Shown: positions 50,635 through 64,000 of the stretch, in pieces | Numbering within the stretch: position 1 is the stretch's first letter | Layout of the letters: each line of letters starts with the position of its first letter | Assembly: GCF_001194135.2 (NCBI RefSeq) | Contig: NC_069000.1 | Coordinates: 29,305,998 to 29,369,997 of the forward strand | Direction: 5' to 3' | DNA length: 64,000 bases | From: Octopus bimaculoides | Lineage: Eukaryota | Notes under the pieces: model-generated | What the model was told of the DNA's origin: nothing | Database searches by the model: none | What the model saw: only the letters and a program-made list of their open reading frames with translations | Program-made: the position numbers and the translations under genes

Positions 50635-50790
50635 TTTCTCTATGAAGGCCTTTTTTAGTCTATTCACTGATATAGTGTCTTTGCGAACATTAAGGTCTAA
50701 AGTGAAAAATTTATCCGTGTATGAAAGAAAACGGAAAGGACCTGCATACGGTATTGTCCACGGACAAACAAACAAACACGACTGAAAACA
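50635..50790 (-). mobile_element. Ty3/gypsy integrase C-terminal fragment (GPY/F module)
   Basis: PYAGPFRFLSYTDKFFTLDLNVRKDTISVNRLKKAF is a typical GPF...V-RLK integrase tail. No LTRs seen. Confidence 0.7.
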
Positions 50791-51807
50791 GTACTTCTGC
50801 CTTTGCTAAGGCGGAGGTAATAATAATAATAATGGTTCCTAATTTAGGCATGAGGCTAAAAATTTTGAACAGAGGTGGGGTTAGTTGATACCATCAACCC
50901 CAGTGTTTGACTGGAACTTTATTCTATCAACCTGAGGAATGGTGAAAGGCAAAGTTGACCTCAGTAGTATTTGAACTTAGAATATAAAGAGCTGGAACAA
51001 ATACTGCAAAACATTGATATCTGGTTCTCAAATGATTCACCGTAAGCCAGCAATTTTGAAACCAGAGTTTCATCAATATCAGTACTTGACTGGTACTTTG
51101 TAGTGACCCCGGAGGGATGAATGTCAGAATTGACATTAGCAGGAGTTGAACTTAAAATGTAAAGAACAGGAACAAATACTGTAAGGTATTTTTTTATTAT
51201 GTTTAATGAATCTGCCAATCCACTGCTCTCTGACATTAATAGTAATAAGATTATTATTATTATTATTATTGATGGTCACTCCTATCGTTTTTGACATATG
51301 AGTGTTTGAAGGAGAAGATTTAAAAAAGGAAAAAAAGTTATGAAAATTGACACAACTCTTCACAAAGGTAAATAAACAATATTCTTATTGCATGATGTGA
51401 TTTTTAATAGAGACTGACTCTGCTTATTGAATTGAAAGAGTTATACAATATTTCAACAGATTGTCTGTCCACCTCAAATTCAAAAAAAACAAAAACAAAA
51501 AAAAACAAAGCCATACAAGAAATGGAGCCAAATGGAGTATTAAGTAGGCTTGTCTCAATACACAACAAAAGTTTTGATTACTATATTTTATTTTATGTTG
51601 CATTTTGTGAAGAATAATCATTGTTGATTAAAGGTTCTGAATGACTCAGTCACAGGTTCACTACATTTATGATGGTGAGAGTAACAAGGGATTGTCAGAG
51701 TAACTCAGGTAGAACAAATACAATAAAGGATTTTCATTTGATTTGGCTTCCAAGTAATGGTTTATTGGTTTGCTCACACACACACACACACACACATACA
51801 AAGTAAA

Positions 51808-52120
51808 GGCATGTGTGTTTGTGGTTAGGGTATTTGGCTCATAATTGTAAGGTTGTGAGTTCAATTCCTGGTGGTGCATTGTATCCTTGAGCAAGACACT
51901 TTATTTCACATTGCTCCAGTCCACTTAGCTAGCAAAAATGAGTAGTAGCTGTATTTCAAAGGACCAGCCTTGTCACATGCCGAATTTCCCTGAGAAATAC
52001 ATTAAGGATACTTGTGTCTGTGAAGTGTTCAGCCACTTGCACATTAATTCCACAAATAGGCTATTCCGTTAATTGGATCAACTGGAACTCCTTGTTGTCA
52101 TCACCAACAGAGTGCCAGTT
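51808..52120 (+). mobile_element. tRNA-derived SINE family C (minus copies at ~4890-5070, ~10080-10200, ~15905-16150)
   Basis: gtggttagggtatt...GAGTTCAATTCC B-box, then ccttgagcaagacactttatttcac...gctccagtccact...aaaaatgagta central domain. Confidence 0.75.
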
Positions 52121-52478
52121 TAGTTTAAACAAACACACACACACATACACAAGCTTCAGTAAAATTTCTATCAACTAAATTCTACTTAGAAGGTATTAGT
52201 TAACTCAAGGATAGAAAAGGTTGTGAGGCAAATTTCTTAACTGCATAACCACTAAACTCCCTACACCTCCCAGCACCATCTCACGGACCTATACCACTAC
52301 CACATATAAGTCACATATCATCCTCAAATCCTACCTTATTGTCTAAAATACATATTTTTACAGAAGGCAGAACAGTTATTAGTAGAAAATCTTTGATTAG
52401 GTCGACTTGATCAAGGTTGAACTTACAATATCATGCAAGTACTACCACCATCATATACATACATATAGCAACAGGTTA

Positions 52479-52721
<243 letters not shown>

Positions 52722-53339
52722 TCAACCCTACAGGTCTTAGAGGACTTGCAATGGCCATGAGTACAGCACTTTCTTGAGACCAATACAATAAATAAAAATG
52801 GAAAGAAAAATCTGTGCTGCAGTCTCATATTGGGAAGCCTCTACATGGTCAGTTAACAAGCAAGAAATTACAACCAAATCATCCTCAAAAACAACTGTAC
52901 CATCTTCAAAATGGCTAACTATATAGGATAAACTAATATGGTAGGAACAAAGGAAGGCTGGTTAACTAATGTGTCTGTAGCACAGAAACATTTCTCAGGG
53001 AACAGGAGTGGCTATGAATACACATGAAGCAGGGTTGTTTTACAAAATCTACCGAACAATAACAACATTTACAAACAAATCAGAAAAATACATACTTTAC
53101 TTGATGCTTTGCAATTATGCTGACAGTAACAGCAATAATTAAAAAGGAAGTAGCTTTATTGTCTCCCTTCCCAACATCAAGTGTCCACACAAAATACATT
53201 TAAAAATAAATGCTTCACAAGACAAAAATTTTTAAAAAGATGTAAAAATGCAGTAATGCAACATTCTTGGCATAAAAACAGACTTATGGAATGATAAAAT
53301 GATATTTATCTATGATATTCATAGGGCAACAAGTTAGGA

Positions 53340-55210
53340 AACATTCATAACACCAGTACAGAGGACAATCACAATTTCAGATTATACTTAAATTAGACTA
53401 GCCAAGACCTCTGACGATGGAGGTGGCCTTATAACATATATAGAATTTGTTTCCAGAGTATAGATAACACTTATAACCTAATATGAAAGACAGGCTTTCA
53501 AGTAAAACCTAGCAACACAAAATGCGTTGATATTATAAACATACATATATACTAGTAATGACCTCCCCTAACCTATTCCAACTACTTTTTAACACTAATA
53601 AACAACACCATTGAGTTAAAATTTCAATACATTCAACAACTTATGGTTTTCAAATTGTAAACAAGAGATAACATAATATCACAACAGAACTCCCAGACAT
53701 CAAAGTCTTCTCCACATACCTTAGCTACTACAAATATTTTCCCAACATTGTTTGGACTACCAATCAATTATTATTACAACACATTAATGAAGAAAGCAAA
53801 AAAGCTTTCACAAACTTGGAACTTATTTCATCAAGAAACAGATTCAAGGTTTTCTTTCTTCCTTTTTTTTATATATATAGAATTAACACCACTCCAGTCA
53901 GCAACATAGACACTGCAGCACATACATTCAACAAAATAATTATAGATGCATCTGGAAAGAAATATTTCACAAAACAACATAAAATATATTTTCTCAATTA
54001 CACACCAGAAACAACCAATATCATAAAAACCTGGGACAATTTCAAGTACAATACCTCATACAATTAACACAAAAATCAGCATCAAACAACTAAACAGAAA
54101 ATTGTAAATAGAAAAACATTTGTCTCCTACCTAAACCGACCTAGACCACAAAACTAATAGTAAAACACTATAGAGTGTAATTAGTTACATTATCATCAAC
54201 AGACACACCACACCTAATGTCAGAGTAACAATCTCAATATACTTACTCTACATCAGTAAACAAACATCCTTAGACATTTCTTGAAAGTCAGTCAGACAAA
54301 AACCACACAAAGAAGATAGGAACCAAATACATTAAATATGCACTTCACAGCTAGATTAGGATTTTAACTCCTTTCTTCCAGCAGACACTCAAAAATAATA
54401 AGGCTATCTAAAAATTCAGACATCTCAGAGCCAAACAAACTTAGCGCATTGCTGTACTCAAGAAGAACCGTTCTCCACAACAGAAGTGTTAAGGCCACAC
54501 TCCTTGGTAAAGAGGGTTGGTTGGCCTGCTAGAACCCTGTGCTGGTGTCACGTAAAAAGCACTCGTGCAGGTACCACATAAAAGTGCTTGTGCCAGTGCC
54601 AGGTTAAAAGCACCCAGCACACACTGTAAAGTGGCTGGCATTAGGAAGGCCATTCAGCCACAGAAACCAAGTCAAAAGACTGGAACCTGGTGCAACTTTT
54701 CAGCTTGCCAGCTCTGGTCAAACCATCCAACCCATGCCAGGATCAAAAATGGACATTAAAGGATGCTGATGAAGATGATGAACATCTATGGACCAGAGGA
54801 ATCACTGCACTCATTAACATCTACAAGTACATATACCAACACAGTCAAATTTCTTGACTCTGGAAGTCAGACAAAATAATAACATCGCTGAAGCCCAATA
54901 TAAATCCATATGAAGCAATATTTTACAGACTCATTGGCCCCCCACCCTATGCACACTATAAAAAATTCCAGGAAAGTTAATCCTTGACATGATAAACCAC
55001 ACACCCATTTCCAAAGCACAGCACAGGTTCACACCACAACCATCACACTATTTACTAACCTAATTCAAAAAATATGACGGTTTCAACAAGAAAACACCCT
55101 TCCACATTTACCATTCTGGCACTAGCAAAACTGTCAAGTTCATTCAGAAGTATTGACTCACTTAAAAAGGAAATCTTAAAACAAAATCATAAAATTTACC
55201 TCCCAGGAGC
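53340..55210 (+). mobile_element. Highly decayed APE-RT LINE (I/Jockey-like), interrupted by a SINE at about 54480-54780
   Basis: A-rich coding-like strand. DR---GGGLITYI-like endonuclease remnant near 53410; IITSLKPNINP--FYRLI and QH-F-P RT-domain remnants at 54875-55050. Confidence 0.5.
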
Positions 55211-55303
55211 AAATTTATCTCAGAGTGGAAACCACTGCAATAGCAGAGTTATTTTTCTATGTGACGAGGGAAACTGTGAGTGGTATCTCATGGCTTTTCT
55301 CAC

Positions 55304-55334
<31 letters not shown>

Positions 55335-55354
55335 GAGCGAGAGAGAGAGAGGGA

Positions 55355-55412
<58 letters not shown>

Positions 55413-55619
55413 GAAAGTGAGAAAAGAATTGACTACAGAATTTGATTTGTGTTTTATTTATTGATACTGCAAGGATGAAAGGCAGAGGTAGCCTTGGTAG
55501 GAGTCAGAACAAATACTGCAAAGCACTCTATCCTACTCTATACAATGATGAACCTACTAACTTGCCGTCTATACAAAACTATCATCACACATTAATCATA
55601 TACACTGTACACATACAAA

Positions 55620-56065
55620 ACACAGGCACATGTCTATTCCTTTCTGCAAGAAGAGAATGGGAAGGTGCCTTCTCTATCAAAACGTGGAGGGAACCTGTGG
55701 AAGAGATAAACCTAGGAAGACATGGGATGAGGTGATGAAGTATGATCTTCAAATGTTGGGTTGCATGGAGGTGATGACAAGTGATCAAAACCTTTGGCAA
55801 TTTGCTGGGCTTGAAAAGCCAAGCCAAGCCAAGTGAAATCAGTCGTGGCCACTGCTGAGGACATGTAAAGGTACCTGTGCCAGTGATATGTAAAAGGCAC
55901 CCACTACACTCTTGGAGTGGTTGGTAATAGGAATGGCATCCAGCTGTAGAAACCAAGCCAAATCAGACTGGAGCCTGGTACAGTTCTGTGGCTTACCAGT
56001 TTGAGTGAAACTTTCTAACCCATGCCAACATGAAAAATAGATGCTAAATGATGATGATGATGACT
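55620..56065 (+). mobile_element. RTE-clade 3' end plus tail
   Basis: NVEGTCGRDKPRKTWDEVMKYDLQMLG, then the shared tail ending gatgatgatgat, abutting the exon B donor. Confidence 0.8.
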
Positions 56066-56082
56066 TGATATTTTAATGGTTA

Positions 56083-56364
<282 letters not shown>

Positions 56365-59230
56365 TTACATTACCACAACCACTACCACATCAGATATTAT
56401 TGCTAAACTCAATGTTATACTTAACAAAACATGTAAGAAAAAAACCCAATAAAATACATTATGTGTACACAAAAACACTTATGAAAATCAATCTAATAAA
56501 GAATATGTAAGCAAAACAATAAACTGCCCCTCACTTGATGTGTGTGTGTGGCACCTTGCGCCTTCTACTATAGTTCAGGGAGGGAACCAATACCATGTGA
56601 GAGAATTTAGCAGATAGAAACTGCAGGAAGCCCATTATATATAAATAACACACACATGCATGCACACACACACACAGATATATATATATACATGTGTGTG
56701 TGTGCACACTCGTGCATGCATGCTTGTGCATGTATGAACCTATTTAGATATGAAAGTATAAAGTCAGGGCATAGGAATATTGGCCAATCTAATCAATAAA
56801 ATAAGTTTTTAATGCTGCACATAGTACCCCAAGTGCTGTATATTAGAATTACAAAGATAAAAGTATGATTTTTTTTATTGTAGGATTATACTTTTGCAAC
56901 TAAAAGTCCTTCCTACTGTTAATCAATTGTGAAGAAGGGAGTCAATTAAGTAAACACAAGCAAGTAGGGTTACGTACTTTCTTCAGGAGTACAATAACTC
57001 ATGTGCTAGCATTTTTTGACATATAAATACTGATGACATACAATCAAATCAATGACAAAGTCTCTATGCACCTACTAGAAATAGCAGCTAAATTTCTCTC
57101 ATATCACTCACACTTCACTGTCTGATACATGCAGGGTGTGATGGCTAAATTATTGCCATTTTATATTTTTAATTTCATGCATGCGCATTGTTTTTTTTTT
57201 TTTGATTTTGTTGACTACACAGTGTAGTAGGGTCAGTTGGGTACCATCTGTGAGAAAAGCAACACCATGATGCAATTTGCTCTGCCAGAAATTTGGAAAT
57301 GACATGCTGCACTGCTTGGCATTTGTGCCGGAAGCTCCAATATGAACATTTCTATTTTCCTTTTATTATTTGGGAATACCTGAAAGTAGACACTTGTGCA
57401 TTTTGTTTCCCTCCTATGTAGAAGTTCTTGTGATAAATATTTTTAATACTCAATCTTTTTTCACCTTCCTGTTTCTCTCCTTACCTTGAGATTTTCATGT
57501 TTTTTTTTATTTGTTTTATGTCTACATGCAAGCTCAACAAATAATCCTTTCTCTCATGTCAATGCCGAGGGCAAAACAAACTTCTACAGTATTGGTGTCA
57601 GAAAAAATTCATCCAGTACACTAAGTAAAGAGATTAGTGTGCAGAAGAGCAACCAGCCACAGAAATCAACCCAAAACTGAGACAATGGAGCAAGAAAGTC
57701 CTCTGGCACATCAAATCCAGTTAAATCATTCAATCCAAGCCAACATAAAAAAGTGTGCATAAACAAATCATGATAGGTCAGAAAACTAAAACTAAATATC
57801 AATAACAATAATATCATTTAACTATTAATTAACTACTGATGTAACAATGATTAATTCCATACCAAGTAGTGTGACATTTTTAACCATAAACAATGATCAC
57901 GATCTGATCCCATTGCATGAACTTTGGGCAAGTTTCTCCTACTAAAACTTCAGGCTGTGAGCAGAATTCCACAGGCAAAACTTGTACATACACACACACA
58001 CACACACACACATATAAAACCCATGCCAGCATAGGAAAGGGGATGTTAAATGATGATGAAGATATATCAATATATATACATACATATATTTTATTTTTAC
58101 ATTCATTTTTCAATGCTAGCATGAGTTACACAAATATATTTCTGTGGCATTGTTCTAGAGCAGGATGCCCTTCCTGTTGCTATTTTTCAAGTATGAGATT
58201 ACATGTCTTCAAAAAAGCAAAGCCAGCAGTTGATTTTTGGATAAACGCACACACTGACAGGCTTCTTTGAGTTTTCTTCTTCCAAATCCATTCACAAGGC
58301 TTTGGTCGGTTGAGGGCAATAGTAGAAGGCACTTGTCCAAAGTAGCATGCAGCTGGGCTGAACCCAAAACCATGTGGTTGCAAAGCAAACTTCTAAACCA
58401 CACAGCCATGCTTGTACCTTAATAATGACATATTAATGTGTGTGTGCGCACGTGTCCGCATGCATGCATGTGTGTGCATGTTTGTGCGTTTCATTTGGTT
58501 TTACACCAATTTTTTCATGCTAGCATACACTGAACAGGAGCTTATTTCAGGCACCATTTTGTAACTGAATACTCTTCCTGTTGCCAAACCTTAGCTGTTT
58601 TCCAAGTAAGGGATTTGTTATTCCACTGATCTTCAAAAGCACAGAGCAATGGGACATTTTGTCAACATGGGAAGTAAACATCGATCCACTATTTTACTCA
58701 GGCCAGTAACAAGTAAATATGTAGATGGTCACCATTTGCACACCCAAACACAATAAGTTTCCATACAGTTCCACTCACAGAGCACTGGTCAACTGAAGGC
58801 TACAGTTGAAGACACTTGCTTAGGGTGTCACACACCAAGAAAGAACTCAAAACCATGTGGTTATAAAGTGAACTCCATATTCATATAGTCATGCCTGTGC
58901 TTAATGGGCATGCTTGTGACTCAATGTGTGTGTGTGTGTGAATGACTTTAGGTAATGTGTATCAGCAAAAGGAGTACATAACAACAGTGAGAAAACCCAA
59001 TAAACTAGTGCTTTTAAGTAAAAAAAATCCTTCATGATACTTGTTCTGCCTGAATTTGCATAAACAATCCCTTGTCACAACTGCCATTGCAAATGCAGTG
59101 AAACAGTGACTATTAAAAATCTGTAAGTATTAATGCTGCTATTCACAAAGTGCAATATAAAATTCAAAAATAAAATATTTCTGTATGCACGTGCATGTGT
59201 GTGTGCGCGCGAGAGTGTGTGTGTGTGTGT

Positions 59231-61006
<1,776 letters not shown>

Positions 61007-62337
61007 TCACTACAACTGGTATGCAAGAGACAAAACGGTAATATTCAAAGTCACTAATAATCTGAGTTAGGTAGGGATCAGAAAGAAAACAATGGAATTT
61101 CTGTCAAGTCATATGACCTACTTAACTCTTAAAATCTTGTTGCGCTTTCTAATTAGAAACTAGTGATTTTGATGAAATACTATTAGTCCAGTATGAAAAT
61201 CATAAAAATATAACTACTGCATGAATTTGGATGAAATTTTCTGATACAATATAATGATCATTAGTATACAGTGAATATGATTTTTATGTGTTGTTGATTT
61301 ACTTGTCATGTCACTTTTACCTGCCAAGGCAGACTAAATACAAGTAAGTTGATTACATACACATAGATGTTTTCATACATAATTATAAGATCAATACAGA
61401 GTTGAATTTATGTTCCAGTTAGTCTCTGTAACTTAGACACTGCACAAACTTCCAACAGAAAAAGCATTCTGGGAGAAACCTTCCTCTCCTCCAATCAAAG
61501 GTTTTTGTAAGATCTAAAAATTAGTGTTATTTACCCTTATTACAATAATTACACTCACTTCATAAAGTAAGCAGATAACCTACTTTTAATACCCCTGTTC
61601 AAAATCAATAAATCCCAATATCACAGATACTTACATATAGAGATGATATCACCAAGTCCAAACTCTCTCTATCTAAATCATAAATAAATAATATCACCTA
61701 TCTATAATTCACCACTTGAGGTATTAACTGTTGTTATGATTGGAAATTAAAGGAAGAATGCAAGAAATAAACATGAATAATGCAAACAGGAAATCTTTTG
61801 ACATGAAGTTCTTACTAAAATGAGGCTAATCCTTGTTTCCTGCACAGAAGAGTGCTTAGTTCCAGATTTCAACACCAAACAACAACACTGTTTGAACTGC
61901 AGTTATGTGCAGTTTGTAACTTGGTGATACTTGCAGTTTAATTGCAGAATTCTAAGAGTCAATGTAGCAGCTTCAACAAAATGATTATTGTCTTTAAAAA
62001 CACAAACAAAGACAACTTTTTTTTTAAAGTCCTAAATATTTGGATGTGTTTCACTATTTGGCTGGTATTTATTTATTCCATGCAAATGAAAGGCAAAAAA
62101 CAACCCAGGAGTGATTTTTAACTCAGAATATAAAGGGACAAAGAAAATCTACTAATAATCTATTCAATATCAGTAGACTATCATTCTACACCCTCATTGT
62201 TTCTAATCTAGTCACAATGCCAGCAATTCTGAGGGGAAGGGAGGGGCTAGTTGATCACATCAACCCCAGTACTTGACTGGTTACTTTATCTTATTGAACT
62301 TTAAATGGATAAAATGCAGAATGTAAAGAGTCAAAAC

Positions 62338-63646
62338 AAATCTTTTGAAATTACAGTTTAAATCCTTTTAAGATAACACTACTAATTTATTGGTCTTCTT
62401 CTTTCAAGATGAAAGAGTGTTATTTCAGTGAGATGTGGCTGTTACTCTTACATGATCAGTTGATCAATATAAAAGCTATTTTGTTGGCTCCTGTATCGAA
62501 GATACATCTGTGTGTATCCAGTTATAAATTGTTCAGTATATCAAATACAAATAATAACTTAACTTAGGCACAAGGGGAAGGGTACAGTTGATGAAATCAC
62601 TCTAAATATTTGACTAAAATTCATTTCATTAAACCTGAGATAATAAGAAATGCAAAGTTGACTTTAGCAAGATTTGAAGTCAGAACATAAAAAGACATGA
62701 TTTAATTGTTTAAATGGGCACAATCCCACATGTTAATGGCAGAGAAAAGATACAGTCTATTGAGTCAATGATCAACAGATGACAGGTACTTATTTCATTG
62801 ACTTTACAAGAATCAAAAGTCAACCTTGATCATAAAGGGCATTTTGTAATAAAAATTAAAACAAGAAAAAGGTGCTTTCACAGTAGTAGTTAGATAATAG
62901 GTGACTAGTAGTCCCACAATCAAATCCTTTCCAGGTCAACATAGCTATTTCTGTGCCCAAGGTCACTAATGTAACAACTGGTTGGTCAATAAACTAACCA
63001 GACCATAACATGAGCATTTATATGTATAGATTATCATTGACTGATTGATTTATTACTGTACACCACACACAAACATGTACATTCATACACTCCTAAACAG
63101 ACAGACCACATAAACAAAATTACACATTATATTATGAGCATGCATACACACACATATACAAGTATTCCAGTATACAAATTACATACATGCCCTAATTTAT
63201 ATATATACACATCTGTCCATGATCAATACATGAGTAAAGACCATGCACAGGTATATTTGTTGTGGTACAGTGAATGCAATGATGGAGGTGATGTTGATAC
63301 TGGTGAGTGGTAGATGGAGAGCAGGTGTTCAGTGGCAATTAGAGTAGTAATATGGTGATGATGAGTAGAGAAAGGAGGTAATAGTGGATTTTAAGTGCTA
63401 TTTTCATAAAATAAACATTTATCAAATCTTTTGAAAATACAGTTTAAATCCTTTTAAGATAACACTACTAATTTATTGGTCTTCCTCTTTCAAGATGAAA
63501 GAAAGTGATTTCAGTGAGATATGGCAGTTATTTTTATGTGATCAGTTGATCATGTAAAAGCTCTTTTGTTGGCTCTTGTAGTATTCAGTGACATTGAGGA
63601 CACATCTATGTATATCCAGTTAGAAATGTTTCAGTATATCAAACAC
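62338..63646. repeat. Pair of ~210-bp diverged direct repeats (62338-62548 and 63424-63646)
   Basis: Both start aaatcttttgaaa...aatccttttaagataacactactaatttattggtctt and end cagtatatcaaa; substitutions and indels present. Confidence 0.85.
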
Positions 63647-64000
63647 TGTCAATGTCATAACAATCCTGCCCAGGCCTTCAAGCTCTCTATCACAAACCAA
63701 AACTCAACTGCTAACTATCAGGGAGTCTCTGTACCGTCACTCAACCTGAAAGAAATTGCAACTAAATCCCATTGAAATCGCATACTACAGTCTTCAAAGC
63801 ACAAGGGCACATTGCATAATGTGGTGCTATATAAACCAAATAAAAGAAAATAAAAGACCTATCTCAATAATAGGTCAATTGGAGCAGAACAAACACTGGT
63901 CTAAACAATATTAACAAGGAAGAAAACATTCAACAGTAAGTCCTATATACACACACACACACATATGTGTGTGTAAGTATATATATATATATATATATAT

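Noticed and set aside
57485-57499. ATG AAA ATC TCA AG|GTAAGG as a candidate alternative first coding exon (Cic-S-like)
   Set aside because: The donor is phase 2 but exon B needs phase 1; splicing gives an immediate stop. A non-coding first exon is not excluded but is unsupported.

Overview
AT-rich, microsatellite- and retroposon-dense animal genomic DNA with 8 N-gaps. The repeat families and simple-repeat load look like an Octopus (coleoid cephalopod) assembly, which is inference. The window is dominated by one minus-strand gene, capicua (cic), an HMG-box transcriptional repressor. I reconstructed 18 coding exons between 60906 and the TGA at 14665-14667. All have canonical AG/GT junctions and the reading frame is consistent throughout (7730 nt, about 2,575 aa). 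The first exon begins with a phase-1 acceptor, so the 5' end probably lies beyond the window. Recognisable Cic modules are the Ataxin-1-binding WHSLVP motif, the RSK/14-3-3 motif [11 protein letters not shown], the HMG box split over two exons, central conserved motifs, and the C1 domain. The most unusual element is a 1457-nt exon encoding about 35 clean (about 50 including degenerate) tandem hexapeptides, [DE]-R-Q-[ST]-x-[ILMV]. These form a dense array of R-x-x-S/T kinase sites that I do not recall in vertebrate or fly Cic. Introns hold decayed LINEs (RLE/R4-like, RTE, L1/Tx1-like, I/Jockey-like), a gypsy integrase fragment and several SINE families. They also hold an ~850-bp SINE palindrome, an 81-bp near-perfect hairpin, and a diverged partial copy of a C1-domain exon. 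Two gap-flanking duplications are probably assembly artefacts. Exon coordinates were read by hand from splice signals; repeat boundaries are approximate.
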